From NCBI GenBank assembly GCA_000708835.1, contig DF237208.1, positions 1-64,000 of the forward strand: a stretch of 64,000 bases of DNA, given 5' to 3'. The notes below the pieces were generated by a model. The model saw only the letters and a program-made list of their open reading frames with translations. It was not told the DNA's origin and ran no database searches. The position numbers and the translations under genes are program-made. The stretch is from Klebsormidium nitens. Its lineage: Eukaryota; Plantae; Klebsormidiophyceae. Below, piece after piece: positions 51,387 to 64,000 of this stretch; positions within the stretch are counted from its first letter, which is position 1, and each line of letters opens with the position of its first letter.

Positions 51387-54300
51387 CTACTCCTCCTCCT
51401 TGGGAGGGTCTATCCATCGCCCGTGGTCCTTGATGAGCTGAACGAGGGCATCCGTGGCTCCCTCCATGGGGATCGCCCTTTTGACAACCTCCTGAAGACC
51501 CAAAAAAAGCACGAATTGAGCGCCAATCCGGTGCTTTGAGCGGACGGTTGTTGCGGGCAGAAAACACGTGTCCGTCGTAATCGACAGAAAAGCGTCTGGG
51601 CTGTCACAACAGGTTACCTTTCGTCGATGGCCCTTGCCGTCCAAAACGGGCCGGATCCAAATCTAAGCTGCTTTCCTCTCAGCATTGCTCGAGGTTCGTA
51701 GCCCCTGTTGCGGTCCCAGCTGATGCGCAAAGAAGCCGGTCAGCTTGGAGCTGGCTTCCATAAGCGGGCATTACGATTTGTACGACGATCTACAACGCAT
51801 AGACATACGCACGAAAGAACGGAAAGCATTCTCAACAGATCCGCGCATTTGCTCACCTTTCCGACGTACAGGTCGATCTTTCCGGGAGCTCCGCCGACGT
51901 AGCCGAAATCGGCGTCGGCCATCTCTCCAGGACCGTTCACGATGCAACCCATAATTGCAATCTGCGAGAGACAGAAACTCACGTGAGAAGGGCAAGCGCT
52001 CAACGAGTTCAAAACTTCTGGGAAGCATCTTTCCTCAATGGCTAAATGATCCAAACCCGGGCGGCCGCTCTACTTTTCAATGAAGCAGGCTACTTGGACC
52101 AGGGTAGAAATTTTGTGACCGTTTGTGCGCCGTTGGACGGAATTTGTTCAGACCGAAAATGATTGGGAGGCAGCCATGGGCGGCCTATGGGCATCCGCTG
52201 GTGACATTGCTACGAGCAAATCCCGTTCGGTATCTTGCATTTTGACTTTGTTTTGGAACCAATATTGCGACATGGAAATTTGGAACCGATATTACGACAT
52301 GGAAAGGCCAAGTTCTCCTGCCCTTCTGCATACACAGCTATGCATGCACCGAAGTATGAGACAGATGGCAATCTGCTGGGTCGCCTCATCCTGTGGTACG
52401 AGGCAACTCAGAAAGGCTGGCATGGCTCACCGCAACACCGGGCAGGTGGCTCGTCTTTGCGCGGATGGCGGCGGTCACATCTTGCAAGTCGAAGAGCGTG
52501 CGGCCACACGAGGGGCACGAGACGTAGTCCTGCAAGGCGGAGATGCACGGTAAGAGGACGAAATTCAAGAGGTTAGATTCAGAAGAGGGCCTGTAAGGGA
52601 GCTTGGGCGAATGAAGTCCAAAGCCGGTTAAGGGAGAGGGCGGCAGCGGGTTTGTGAAAAGCGCTTGCGCAAGAAGCGGTCGTGGCGGATCGTGACAACT
52701 TTCAAAGGATGAAAGGCTAGATATAAGACCAAGCAGATGTGTGAGGTCGGACCCTCCGGAACCATTTTGGCGCAGCAGGGGGGCCGTATCAGGAGGCTAG
52801 CCCGGACAGCAACAAAAGTGGTGAAACGTGATCAGTACACGCGAGACTTAGAGACCCTGCACTGCCGACTAGGAAGAGAATTTAGAAACCCAGTCCCGGG
52901 ACTGTGTTCAAGACGTAGGGGGTCTTTGTAAAGCACTCGTGAGCGAGTCTGGTCGGAATTTGGACAGTGTGAAACCTTAAGGGTGGGGCAAAAGGAGGGA
53001 AATTGGCGTCGGCGGCAGACCGCACTTTGAAAAGTTGAAGAGATTGGATCAAGGTTCCACGGACTAAAAAATATCCAACTGACAAAGCACTGGCGAGACA
53101 GAACATCACGCCATCACGTTCATTCTGGACATGTCGGGAGTAGACTTGGCCTTTTCGAAAACGAACGGCGCCAACACTGTCCAGATCACTTCCAAACCAC
53201 TGTCCAGATCAGCGTCTGAAGCACTTACCGTCTTGGTGTTGCGCATGCGGCAGCCCTGCAGCATGCCGAACGACGTCCGCACCAGGAAATCGAGGTCCTG
53301 GGGGCCTTCGATCATCACACCGTCACCGAGACCATCGACCTGCGGGAAGAGATGAGAATCAGTACCTCGAGCTCCATAGGAGTTACTCGAAAGCTTGTAA
53401 CGTAAACAGGGTTGCTGAAAGAGGCCCGCAAATTTTTTGAATCGCACACTTGGGTGGGTCGTTTCCCACCAAGTCTGCAGTTCGGCTTATCCAGAAATAG
53501 ATACATAGTCGGGATCGCCCCGCTCCCCTTGTCTCCGAGTTGGACCTATGTCGCAATGTGAAGATTGCAGGGGACAATACGCAAGAGAATGTCGGCGGAA
53601 TTACTAAGAAGGTGAAGGCACTTACCAACAAGGCGCCTGCCTCGCTGCCGGAGGTCAGAACAAGGTCGTCCCTGCAAAATACGAGCGGACCAGTATAAGC
53701 TCACAGTAAACGGCGACAAGAGCACGGAAAACCTGAGGTTCTGCCGGAAACGTTGTACTTCAGAACATAGTGGCACATTCGATGAAGGAGATTGCGCTAA
53801 AACAGCAGCGCGCTTGGAATAATAATGCTAGGACGAATCGAAACAGAGCAAAGGTTTCCAAACCCCCGAGGCAGAGAATACAGATTACTGAGGGGGCTAA
53901 GGCTTTCCAACGTGCAGACAACGCAGGTCCAGCCATGCTAGCACCCCCTGTCTTCACAACATATCAAGAAGACCAATATCTTAAACCACCTTGTTAGAAC
54001 AAAGAGCGGTGGGCTCACGTGTCTGTGCCTTCAGGGAACTGCAGATGGTGGATGACCGGGAACTTGAGATCATTGGACTGCAGGAACTCGAAGATCCTGC
54101 GAGAGCGCACCACAAACGGGCGGTCAGGACAGCTCCGGACCTTGTGCTAAGTAGGATCAACAAGCGTCGCGTGCTTACAAGCAGCCTTGATAAGTCGAGC
54201 ATAGTGTGGCTTGCTCGCTTAGATTACCGTCTCGAAAAGACGGCTCTCAATAATTTCACGAGGTTGGACCTCAAGTTCTTTCTGGGGCATAACCTTCTGC

Positions 54301-57300
54301 AAGCTGTCACGAAAGTTTACACCACTATAGGCGACATGCAAACAGAATTGCCGTCTTTCTCACAATGGCCGTTTCTCAGGATCAGAAGTATCTTCCTAGC
54401 TCCGCGTTGACGACCTAGATTGTTGAGGATCTACATCTTGCGTCCCACCCTAAGCGTCTTGAGCGTTTTTAGACGCCCAGTTTCTCTCTTGATGCCCTCA
54501 CACTGACGCGCTGACGCTCTCATCCGGAAAAGTCTCTCAGGAACTCAAAGCACGAAAGGCGATCTTTTGAGTTCCCAGCACCGTTAGGGAACGGACAGCC
54601 CTACACCAATCAGGCGGCAAGTTCCTGGCAGCTCTGACCAAGTTGGGGCCTGCATTTCTGAAACCAGCGTACCATTTGGGATCCAGACTCTCTCGATGCG
54701 TGAGACATCCGCACTAAACATCATTCCTGGCCCCCTCAAAAACCCCGTCCGATTATGCGCACCTTCTTGAGGCATGGACCCTGCTGGCGGAGTCGGTCTC
54801 GGGCACGTCAATGAGGAGAAACATGGCGTCGATGTTTTTGAGCGCCTCCAGCTGGGCCGTGGTCTCGGAGCCATCCAGCGTGATGGCCGGCCGAGAGCCT
54901 GCGTTCAAAAATTGAGGTTAGGAACTTCACCCTAGCAACCTCACCCCGCCGCGCTTGTTCGTGAGCAAAGCGCGACAGGTCCAACGGGTTTATGGCTGCT
55001 AATCGTGTGGGTTTTGATGTGTGCAAAGCTCCCCCGGACTTCTCCAAATCGTCCAGCTCTTTGCTGATCGGAAGGGCCGAAACCGAAACTGAAAAGCGGC
55101 ACTTCATTTTCACTCCGTCAACGCCAAGGCCTACGCAAGAAAGATCAATCCTTGATTTTTCGCTTACAGCTGACGAGTGAAGCCGTCAATCAGAGAGAGG
55201 GATGGAAGCGTGGGAGATGCACAAGAGAAGCAGGAGAAAACAACAAGGGAGCGGGAGAGGAACGAGAATATAAGGTTCACCTTCGGGGATCTTAGCCAGC
55301 AAGCCTTGCTCGACCTCTCGCAGGCTGAGGAGAGCGAGCGCGTCGGGTAGCGGGTTGCTCAGCAGCTCTGCGATGGGCACCAGAATGCCCAGGCCTGCCT
55401 GGCCCAGACCGTCCGCAGGGGCCGCCGTTTGCAGTCGCCGCAGGGTTTGCCGCTGAATATATGACGGTTTATTGTAATGGGTCAACGAGCGAAAGTGTTT
55501 GCCTTTAGGTTAGAAGACGGGTTATGAAACGGTCAACAACTGTGCAGCGCGGCAGACTTCTGTTGCAAGTGTCTGGATGCAGATGGACAAACTTGTGCAA
55601 GTCGGCTCGTGACTTTTGTAGAGCAGTTGCTGCAGATGGATTTGAGATCAGGCACGGTTTTCCCACCCTTCTGAGTTCCGCTTGACGATTTTTGGAGCAT
55701 TTCACGACAAGAAAGAATCTGAGGTCCGACACTCACAGCGGTCTTGTCTTCTTGCGGAGGCACTTTTCGCAGGAACAGGGTGTCAACGGTGTCAATGCCC
55801 TTGAACGGCATCCCCAACGCGTCCTTGCACTGCAGCGACTTATACAGCTTCTTCGAGTCCTGCAAAATAAAGCAGAAAAAGTTCACATTGTGGCAAGACA
55901 GCTCTTTCTTCTTTCCCATGAAGCAGGTACTTAAGTAACCTGTTCTGAATCAGAAAGAGATCCAGGCGTACTGGACAAAGCGAGGTTGGAGGGAAAAGGT
56001 TGGAGGGGACCACAACTCTCGAGGGACAAAGAAAGATTCGATCAGATAGAACGAGACACAAGCTTTCGGTCAGGAACGAGGGATGTTCTCGGTTTCGTCT
56101 TGGTTGGCAAGGTATGCTCCGTTCAGTGTACTGCCATGTATGTTCAGAGGGGCACAATTTCCATCATGCATCTGGCTCCGCCTTCACAGGCTCCTCCTGC
56201 TTAGGGCAGCGTCTCTTCCAGAGCGTGCTCAATTGAACGTCTTTTGAGAAACAAAGGAGACCAATGTCAAGCGAGCATTGCGGGGGACAATCTTGGGTAA
56301 TGAGGACGCTTTCAAGAAAAGGAGTCCCGTTTGCGCAAGTCATCGACTCACCTTTATCTGGTCCAAGGTGATGGCGGCAATGACGGAGCCGTCCCTGTGC
56401 AGGACATGCCGGAAGTCCAGCTTGTCACCCTGCAGGAAAAACAATGACGTCAGCTTCTCAAAGCAAGACCGGCGCCTCCCGCTGAAAGTGGAGTCAATGC
56501 ATTGATCCTTCCCCCTATTACTCGAAGCGCGAGTATTTCAATTTTGGCCCTCTCAACTCCCAGCCAACTTCCCCAACATTGTACAATGACAGATTCAAGG
56601 CGCAGATGGGATTAGCTGGACGCAGAATATTGTTAGCAGTCAATCGCAACCAGCATGCTGAAAGCCATTGCTGAGGTAATAAGACCTCCTTCGGGTACAC
56701 CGATCTCGACATCCGGACATGACGTATATCAGGTTCATGGTGGATGCACCTCACGGCCTTGCGTTCACAACCAAAATTGAGAGTGAAGGATGGGGACAGC
56801 AGAAGAAGGGTCCGCAACAGCCATGTCTACCAGAATAACCTACGAAGTGAAAGAAGAGAGCGGGACAGATGTATTGTACCTCCTTTTGTACGGGAAGATC
56901 GCCCGACCTTCGCTGGAACTCGTAGTAGTGCCGGTGCTTCTCCTCGAAGGGCTCCTGCAGAAGTGGACACAAACGACTTCGAGAAAAGCACCTGGTTTTG
57001 GTATTTACGAGGCAGCAGAAACTTCTGGAGTTCCTTCGTGTTGACTGGGTCCTGCTGTTCTCACTTCGGTCGCTTGGGCCCGACGAAGCTTCGATCCACC
57101 GACGAAGTCCGTTTTCGCATTTCATTCACCTTTTTCGCATCCACTGAAGCAGTGCCACGAACCCAAAACTCTCAACGGAAAACATCCGTTGCCCACAGCT
57201 CTCTGGGGCACCACTCACCACGCCCTTCTGCAGCTTTGCGTTGCGCATCCCGAAGTTGGCCAGCTTCGTGCACGGCTCGATCTCGAGCTCGGGATCTTCC

Positions 57301-60300
57301 GTGAGCGACACCCGGATGGTGTCCCCCAGCCCGTCCTACAGCAGCGCAACACCGTGGTTAAAATGCTGGTTAAGAAGTTTTCCACATTTGTAGTCCAAGA
57401 AAGGACGGTGTAACCCTTTATGGTTTGGAAGAGCGGGCTGTAACGCTTTCACTGTCGGAGAGGAGTAGGTGAAGAATCTACGTAGGTTCAGCAGGGTACG
57501 GTACAGCCGTTTGGAAATCTGAAGCGTAGGGTCTGAACGGTTTGACATTTAGCAGAGACAGGTGCACACCGTTTGGAGTGTAGAAGAGAAGGGTACAAAC
57601 TGTTTGAAAATTTCAAGGAAGAGGGCGTAAACCGTTTGGGGTCTAGAAGAATAGAGGGAAGACGGTCTAGAATTTGGGAATCGCCTGAGAGAAGTGATGC
57701 TTGTAGCTCCTGACTTGCACATCGTCTGGCCACCCCTTTCACCTGCATGCCTTTTGACAGAGCTTTGTCCAACCCCTGCACAACTGACATTCCAAGATTT
57801 CCCCCAGCCAACTCTCGATTGATCTCTTCTGGGCTGCAATTCTAACAGACTAGAGTGACAAAGTTTACCTGCAGAAGCGCCCCAATCCCGATCGCCGACT
57901 TCATGCGCCCGTCCTCACCGTCTCCAGCCTCCGTCACGCCTAGATGCAGAGGGTAGTCCCACTTGTTGAGGTACATCTCAGACGCCAATAGCCGGTATGC
58001 CTGAGGCAAGAAGAATATGTTGGTAACTCAATCGAGATTGACGAGTTTTGAGCACGCGTTTGGTGATGCCATCTCAAGAGGACAGTAAAATAAGGGGATC
58101 CATCATTGGGTAGGTCCAAAGCGTATTCGTTTGGGCAGCCACTGATATCCAGCGGGAGGGCTCTGTAAATGGCCTGTGCTTCGTAGAGTGGATTGGAGAG
58201 TGCACTTCGTGACGTTTAGCCGTCCACACAAAAAGTCCGCAGTTTTCTTTCTTAGTCGGATCCTTCAACGGAGGTTGATTGCATGCTCTCCATTCCCTCC
58301 GACTGATATGGATTTTAATTGTAGCGATTAGTTGGGCAAAGATAATCATGCTCCACCTCCAAAATTGCGAGAACGCCAGTCGGGCCTCACCTCGACCATA
58401 ACGACTGGGTTGCTGGCCTTCATCGAGAAGAGGAAGTTGTGGTAGTCCATCTTGCGAGCGATGCGCGCATACTCGAACGCCGACTCCACCATGCCCCGGG
58501 GCGTGTCACCGTAGTAGTTGAGAATGCGGTCGGAGAGAGACCCGTGGTTGGTGCCAATCCGCATCGCACGGTTCAAGCGCTTGCACTTCTCGACGAGCTT
58601 TGAGAATACCTGGGGATGGCGACAGACAGTTTCGCAAACCAACATTTGTAACACGTTTGAGGCCCGAATTTCTTCGCCGAATGAAGCTATGCAAGCGCCT
58701 TGACCTGATTAATGCAAAGGATCGAGACGTGCTCTAATCGATTACAGCCGTACAGACTGCAGACTCAATCGTATCAATAAGGAAAAGAAAACGTGATGAA
58801 CAAATACTTCAGCACCACGGCGAGTACGAACCCACGAATTCTCCGCCTGTGTTGCAAGAATGAAAAAGACTGCCGAAAGGGACGCGATACAGAGAGAGAC
58901 TGTCCAAGAATGGTGTACTTACCTTCTCAATGTGCTCCAGCTCTGCTTGGTACTCTGCGTCAGTCCACTCCTGCACCTTAAATTGTGCTCTCGCATCGAC
59001 TGCAAATCACGACGTAACACAGAAAGTCTTACAAGTCAGGTCTTATGTAGCATGCAAGCTGCAACAAAGCATTGGTCACGCAGAGCAAAGCCAAAGAGAG
59101 AGGGCAACAATTTGATCTTTCAGGTTGACGAAGATGGGTTCAAATTCATGGCGACCCTTAGTTCTTTTGAGGTGTGAGAGACACATTTCCAGCAATAAAC
59201 ATTGGACTCTGCACACGAGTGAATGGTAACCAGAGTGCAGCCCAAACTCTTCCGGAGAAAGATCTCAAAAGGTGTCTCACCATAGTTGCCGGGATTGATC
59301 CGGATCTTGTCAAAGCACTCTGCAACCTGGTTGGCGATAGTGGGGGCAAAGTGGATGTCGGCCACGAGAGGGATCTCGTAGCTGGAAAGAAGTGGAACAA
59401 AGCACTTTTGAGTGAAAATCTCCCATAAAAAAATCTCCCATCTCTCATCTCATCTCTCAAAAGCAAATCAACTTGGTCCAACATTCAACCACCAAACTCC
59501 GGCCGATTGAAGCAACTGGGTTGAGGTCGTCAACACTGTGGATTCCCCGCCTGACAGAGAGATTGAGCCTCTACGTACCTCTTCAGAACTAGAAGGACCA
59601 GTTTGTCTGACCGTTCGATTTTTCCAGGCGGCTGCTGCTACTACTAGTGAAGAGTCCATATGTCGGGCGCCACACTCACTTGTGCTTCAACAAAGTTTCT
59701 TTGATTTGCAAGCATGCGTCCGCTTCCCGCTTCCCCTGGACAGTGATACGGCAGATGTCGGCGCCGTTGTCTGCGATCCTCATGACCTGCGCAGAACGTC
59801 ACAGAGTCAAAATCTGGTACCTAAAATCTGGCAGCTAACAAAAGATGATGCTTCTTCTCACGGTTATGACAACTTGCGAAGCTGCAGCCATTAAGGCAGC
59901 CCAGAACTACCACAATGCTATAAATCCCCTGTCGAAAGCTTCATTCTGCTGACCAACCTCCAAATTGCGAGGGCCAGCAGGCAAGCGGTTGACATCAAAC
60001 AGAGTCTCTGTTGCATAACTGATCCCAATTAGACGGACAGGAAAAACAAGATCTTTCGCACTTCCTTTGAACGCAGCTGTTGACCGGTGAAATGCAAGAA
60101 GCAATGCAATTCTCAGCACTATGTGGGTATCTCACCTGATCAACAGTACCTTTCACGTCCTTGGTATCTGTGGTGGTCATGGTCTGCGTGCGGATTGGAT
60201 GTTCGCTGCCGACTGCGATGTTGCCGATCATGATCGTCCGGGTTGGCCGGCGGATTGTTTTATAGATCGACTCGCAGTACGGTTGGCGAGGAGCTGCAGG

Positions 60301-61619
60301 GATGCAACAGAAAAACTCGCTCCTACTTTCATCAAGGTAATTTGGTGCAGAACCGAGAAGGTTTCACTGACTGCAGAGAGTACTAATGAAAATCTGCAGG
60401 AAGACCTCAAGAAAGCGTAGCGTAGCTCATGGCTCGAAGGAGAGCAGCGAAATCGAGACTAGAAGCTCAAGGTTTCAGTTGTGATTGCGCGTTCCGATAG
60501 TTGTCTTCTTTCCCAAATCCTATCTGCTAATGGCTACCAAGTAGCCCAGACAGACATTTAGACGGTCCGAACGTTGTTCTTTGTATGTTTCAATTGCCCC
60601 CAGCCGTGCTCTCTTTTCGCTCCCAAGTTCCTGAATTCTTCCACATCGGTGATTTTGTTTAGGGACCAGCACGAGGTGGCACACTCCTAATGCTGTTCTA
60701 TTGTTTGAGTCTTGCTTACAATGCCACCTTCTATGAGCGCCTGATAGCAATATCTACGCCGATGATAAGGTCCAACTGCCATTATCCTTCCTTGTGTAGG
60801 ATGCACGACGAACCAGCAACCCCACTAACAAGGTATGGCGGTTTTGGGAGAGCTGTGAGAATGCACTCTAGATGGCGCCGAATACCAAGCTCTAAGTTTT
60901 GAAGCTAGGGTTTGTCAGCTCCCATTAGCAGTAGAGCAACAGGGCAAATTAGGACTTCTAGGGTAAACAATATATCATTTTGGGTACGCTAGCATCTATA
61001 GCCTTAAGTGTTTGGACTTCGGCATTGCACAAGGACAACAAATACAGAGCGATGCCAGAGAAAGCGTTGGCAGTGGAAATGCGGCCACAATCAATCACCG
61101 CAGTACGAGATGCCTATCTACTAGACGAAGGCAGACAGACGTGCGCCACTGACACGAAGTAGAAGCTAGCGAAAGTTGTTTCAGAGAGCAAATGTCAATG
61201 TGAAGGACCGGCAATGAAGAAAACAGATGGTATGCATTTTCAGATGCCAGAGCGGGATGAAATTATCGTAGACAGCATTGCACGCAGATAGGATGTAGTA
61301 TAGGCAACAGGTTGCAAGCACTGGAGTTCATCAATTTCTAGGTTGTATACAACCATGGTTACCTTGTTCCACAAATCAAACAAAATGCCAGCAACTTACC
61401 ATACATAGTGGTCGAGTCAGGCGCCTGCACCGCTCCTGCCTGTGCCATCTGAATCCCGCTCTGCTTGGTCCTTCTGCTTGAAGTCAGAACCGGTAACACA
61501 AAGCTAGCAGCATCATTCCCTAAGCATGAAGGAGCATTGTCCACTCTCCGCAGCTGGCAATGAGACGCAGGCACAGCGAGCCTGCTGCTGACAACGCTGA
61601 TAGCTGCACCAGCCGCCAT
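51387..61619 (-). CDS. HDS: 4-hydroxy-3-methylbut-2-en-1-yl diphosphate synthase (GcpE/IspG), plastid MEP pathway, about 752 aa with transit peptide
   Basis: Nineteen exons: 61619-61400, 60293-60136, 59786-59680, 59381-59281, 58999-58923, 58609-58391, 58000-57869, 57335-57219, 56954-56880, 56429-56352, 55859-55737, 55452-55281, 54898-54763, 54096-54019, 53671-53626, 53339-53229, 52529-52431, 51961-51857, 51491-51387 (2259 nt, phases consistent). Motifs: [45 protein letters not shown], and Fe-S ligands SCPSCGRT and [10 protein letters not shown]. Confidence 0.98.
57492..57680. repeat. Degenerate ~31-bp minisatellite (about 6 units) in an HDS intron
   Basis: CCGTTTGG at 57507, 57569 and 57632 alternates with C(G/T)GTTTGA at about 57537 and 57600. 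Units are roughly AGAAGAGAAGGGTACAAACCGTTTGGAATCT. Confidence 0.65.
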
Positions 61620-61917
61620 CATGCGTTCCCTGCGTTTCTTCTTAAAACGGGAGTATGCCGCTCAGTTTTCTGATAAGCGCCCTCAAACAGTAAGCACCCC
61701 GCGTGGTGGGGCTTCCCAAAAGACAAGGAAATTACTCGAAAGCCCTGCACTTCAAGTTGTTGCTGCCAAGAAAGCGGTTCGAGGCTCTACGCTTCTGTGG
61801 GCTCTTTTCACAGCCCAGAATCTTGTAATCCAGATTCTGCTGCAAGTCCTAGCTGGCACTTTCCTGCGCCGTGATACGCTGAGGCTTCTTGGCTCTTGTA
61901 CCTGAGATTGTGACGCA

Positions 61918-61937
61918 AGGGTTAGGGCGGGTTAGGG
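61918..61937. promoter_or_regulatory. Telo-box-like GGGTTAGGG motifs in the divergent HDS / Sec14 promoter
   Basis: AGGGTTAGGGCGGGTTAGGG lies between the HDS start (61619, minus) and the Sec14 start (62370, plus). AAACCCTA also occurs at 1021, 2593 and 43601. Confidence 0.3.
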
Positions 61938-62369
61938 TCCTAATCCACAAACGGCTGCAAGAGCCCTCAAATAGGTTAGGTAGCGATCCAGTCAGGTTAG
62001 CTCAAAGCGCATGCTGGATAGGGGACCCCTTGATTGTTGGGTTTCGCTAACCAGAGTCCTCGCTAACCATCTCTTAGCCATGACGGTTCCTACTTAAACT
62101 TTGGGTCTCCTAACCCAAGGGCCAAGGGGCTTGAAAGTTGAGAATGCTGCTGCCAGCCTGCTGCTGCTTTTGCCGATTTCAGGTCTTGGCCCTAGGATAT
62201 GCATTTCGTGGTCCTTGTTACTTGAACTTGAAGTTGAAAACAAATTTCTTCGAGCGCCGCATGCTGTTTTTGGTTCAGGAGCTGTCCTTTTTATCACACC
62301 CGTTCTGGACAGCAAACACCACCTGCCGGGAACTTGGATTTGAAAGCGTTGTAAAAAGAAGTAGTCGCT

Positions 62370-64000
62370 ATGGGCGATGTTGTGGCAAACGGTGCACAAG
62401 TTGGCCCTCCGAAAGCAGATGCCAACGGCCTTGCAAGGTCAGAAGAGGAGACCGGCTTCAGACCAGACGAGCCGGGAGTCGGAGAGGAGAGCTTTGACGA
62501 TGCGAGCGACTCTTCTCTAGGACAGGAGGTAGAGGCTCTGTTGAGTGAGATGCGGAAAGCGATCACAGATCTGGGGCTGTCGGGAGACGCTTACAAGGGG
62601 CCCGATTTGATGCGCTTCTTGCGGGCGAGGAGTAACAACGTAAAGAAGGCATCAAAGCTGTTTGTGGATCATGAGGTGAGAACGTCAATCTCTTGCGATG
62701 CTCCTTGTCGTAGACCGACCACATCTTCATACCGTTCAGAGCGAACTTTTGTCAGCTTGTGGGTTTGACACGAGAGACCACTCAGAATCTTAGATCAAAT
62801 AAAGAAGTACTCGCGATTCACTAGGAAGTGGAGAAAAGTAGGGGGATCCCTGCGTGGGAGTTGGTGCAATCCATCAGAGGAAGTCTGTGATTTTTAAGGA
62901 CAACTGCCAGGTTATCAACAGATTTTATGAACAGTGATGATATGATAAATCAGATGATGCAGTCTGACATCCTGAAAAGTGCCAGACATGTAGCTTCTGC
63001 AGTGAAGCTGAAGCAAAGGCCTGGCCAGTAAACCTCTTCTGATACGGTGCCTGGCTTGAATCGGCAATGAGACTGAGGGCTTTAAGGAAAAGTGTAAACC
63101 CTTGCTAAGGTCATAATGCTGTGAGCTGGCCGGTTGCTTTGAACCAAAGTGTGGTGGCATTATGTGATGGCAAGTACTTTCATAAGTAGAAGGCGTTTGA
63201 TACTTCGTCAGAAACGAAGGGTTTGTTGGAACTTGTATCTTGGAACCTGCATTATGGACTAAATGGAGTCCTGTCGAAGGTTTGGATGCATAATGCACGT
63301 ATATGACTACATTTACCAAGTCTGGCCCAGTTGGCAAGTTGAAGAGGCTTTGCTGTTGCTGAGATCTGCTTACTTAATTCAATTCACAAACGAATTCGGT
63401 TGGGATCTCTGAGTAAGCGGGCTCTGATGATTGTAATCAAGGAGGATATGATTGAAACGTTGGCTTTGACCACACAGCAGACCGTCGGCACAGCTTTTTC
63501 GCTTGTCAGGAAGAGAAACAAACTTGCATCATCTTTTTGCGAACCCGACGACTCCTCGGGGTTGGGCTGATCAGTTGTCACAACGGGACATCCGGCACCG
63601 ATGAAATAAAGTGCTGTTCTTAGCTTTCTCCGTCTTTCGCATGTACATCTGTACTTTCCCTTCTCAGCGCTCACCGAAATTTTCTCTTCCTTTCTGCAAG
63701 TCCTCATTGGAAAACATGCAGAATGCTCCACGAGACTGTCTTGACAGTGCCTTTGTCTATACTCCATACGGCATGCAAGGCAAAGATGAGGCAGCTTGTC
63801 TACTCACTCTTGACCCAAGTTTAAGAACTTGACCGCGCTGGGGTCTGATGCTTTGGCACACATTCCCTTTGCAGAACTTTCGCAAGACATTCTGTCCTAA
63901 GGGGTACATCAGTGAGGACGAGGTCGCAAACGAGCTGGCCGCAAAGAAGGCAACCCTGCAGGGGTTGGACAAGGAGGGTCACCCGCTGTCGATCGGCTGC
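62370..64000 (+). CDS. CRAL-TRIO/Sec14-like lipid-binding protein, 5' part (runs off the window)
   Basis: Exon 62370-62675 (DLMRFLRARSNNVKKASKLFVDHE|GT, CRAL-TRIO N-terminal motif) and exon 63875->64000 (NFRKTFCPKGYISEDEVANELAAKKATLQGLDKEGHPL). Confidence 0.9.

Noticed and set aside
54495-54570. Minus-strand TTTGAGTTCCTG resembling the start of the HDS exon at 54096 (FEFL)
   Set aside because: The match is only about 12 nt with no acceptor or further similarity, so it cannot be distinguished from chance.

Overview
Eukaryotic, intron-rich nuclear DNA. The proteins are streptophyte-like and the exons GC-rich with GT-AG introns of about 0.2-1.2 kb; this suggests a charophyte alga such as Klebsormidium (inference). 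I assembled gene models by hand from splice signals, and the ORF track mostly shows exon fragments or antisense shadows. From left to right: the end of a frameshifted pogo/Tc2-like DNA transposon; a WW-domain DEAD-box RNA helicase (RH14/RH46 type); a DnaJ-type zinc-finger protein; V-ATPase subunit H; TRAPP subunit TRS20; a spliced gene for a bacterial-type 3D (MltA-like) domain protein; a small WWE protein; tyrosine aminotransferase; an intronless F-box/LRR gene; the Qc-SNARE BET1; a tandem pair of PAN/Apple-like Cys-rich membrane protein genes; HDS/ispG (19 exons); and the 5' part of a CRAL-TRIO/Sec14 gene. The most striking unexplained structure is a recurrent set of tandem duplications spanning splice junctions in three housekeeping genes. 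These leave arrays of 'acceptor + exon start' copies upstream of exons and 'exon end + donor' copies downstream. Most carry splice-site-killing mutations, but the V-ATPase H array keeps five intact decoy acceptors. Other notable items are the 3D-domain gene, paralogous alternative last exons in the helicase, a GT61-like exon fragment stranded in an intron, and a tryptophan-ladder LRR. Family assignments rest on recalled motifs, not database searches.
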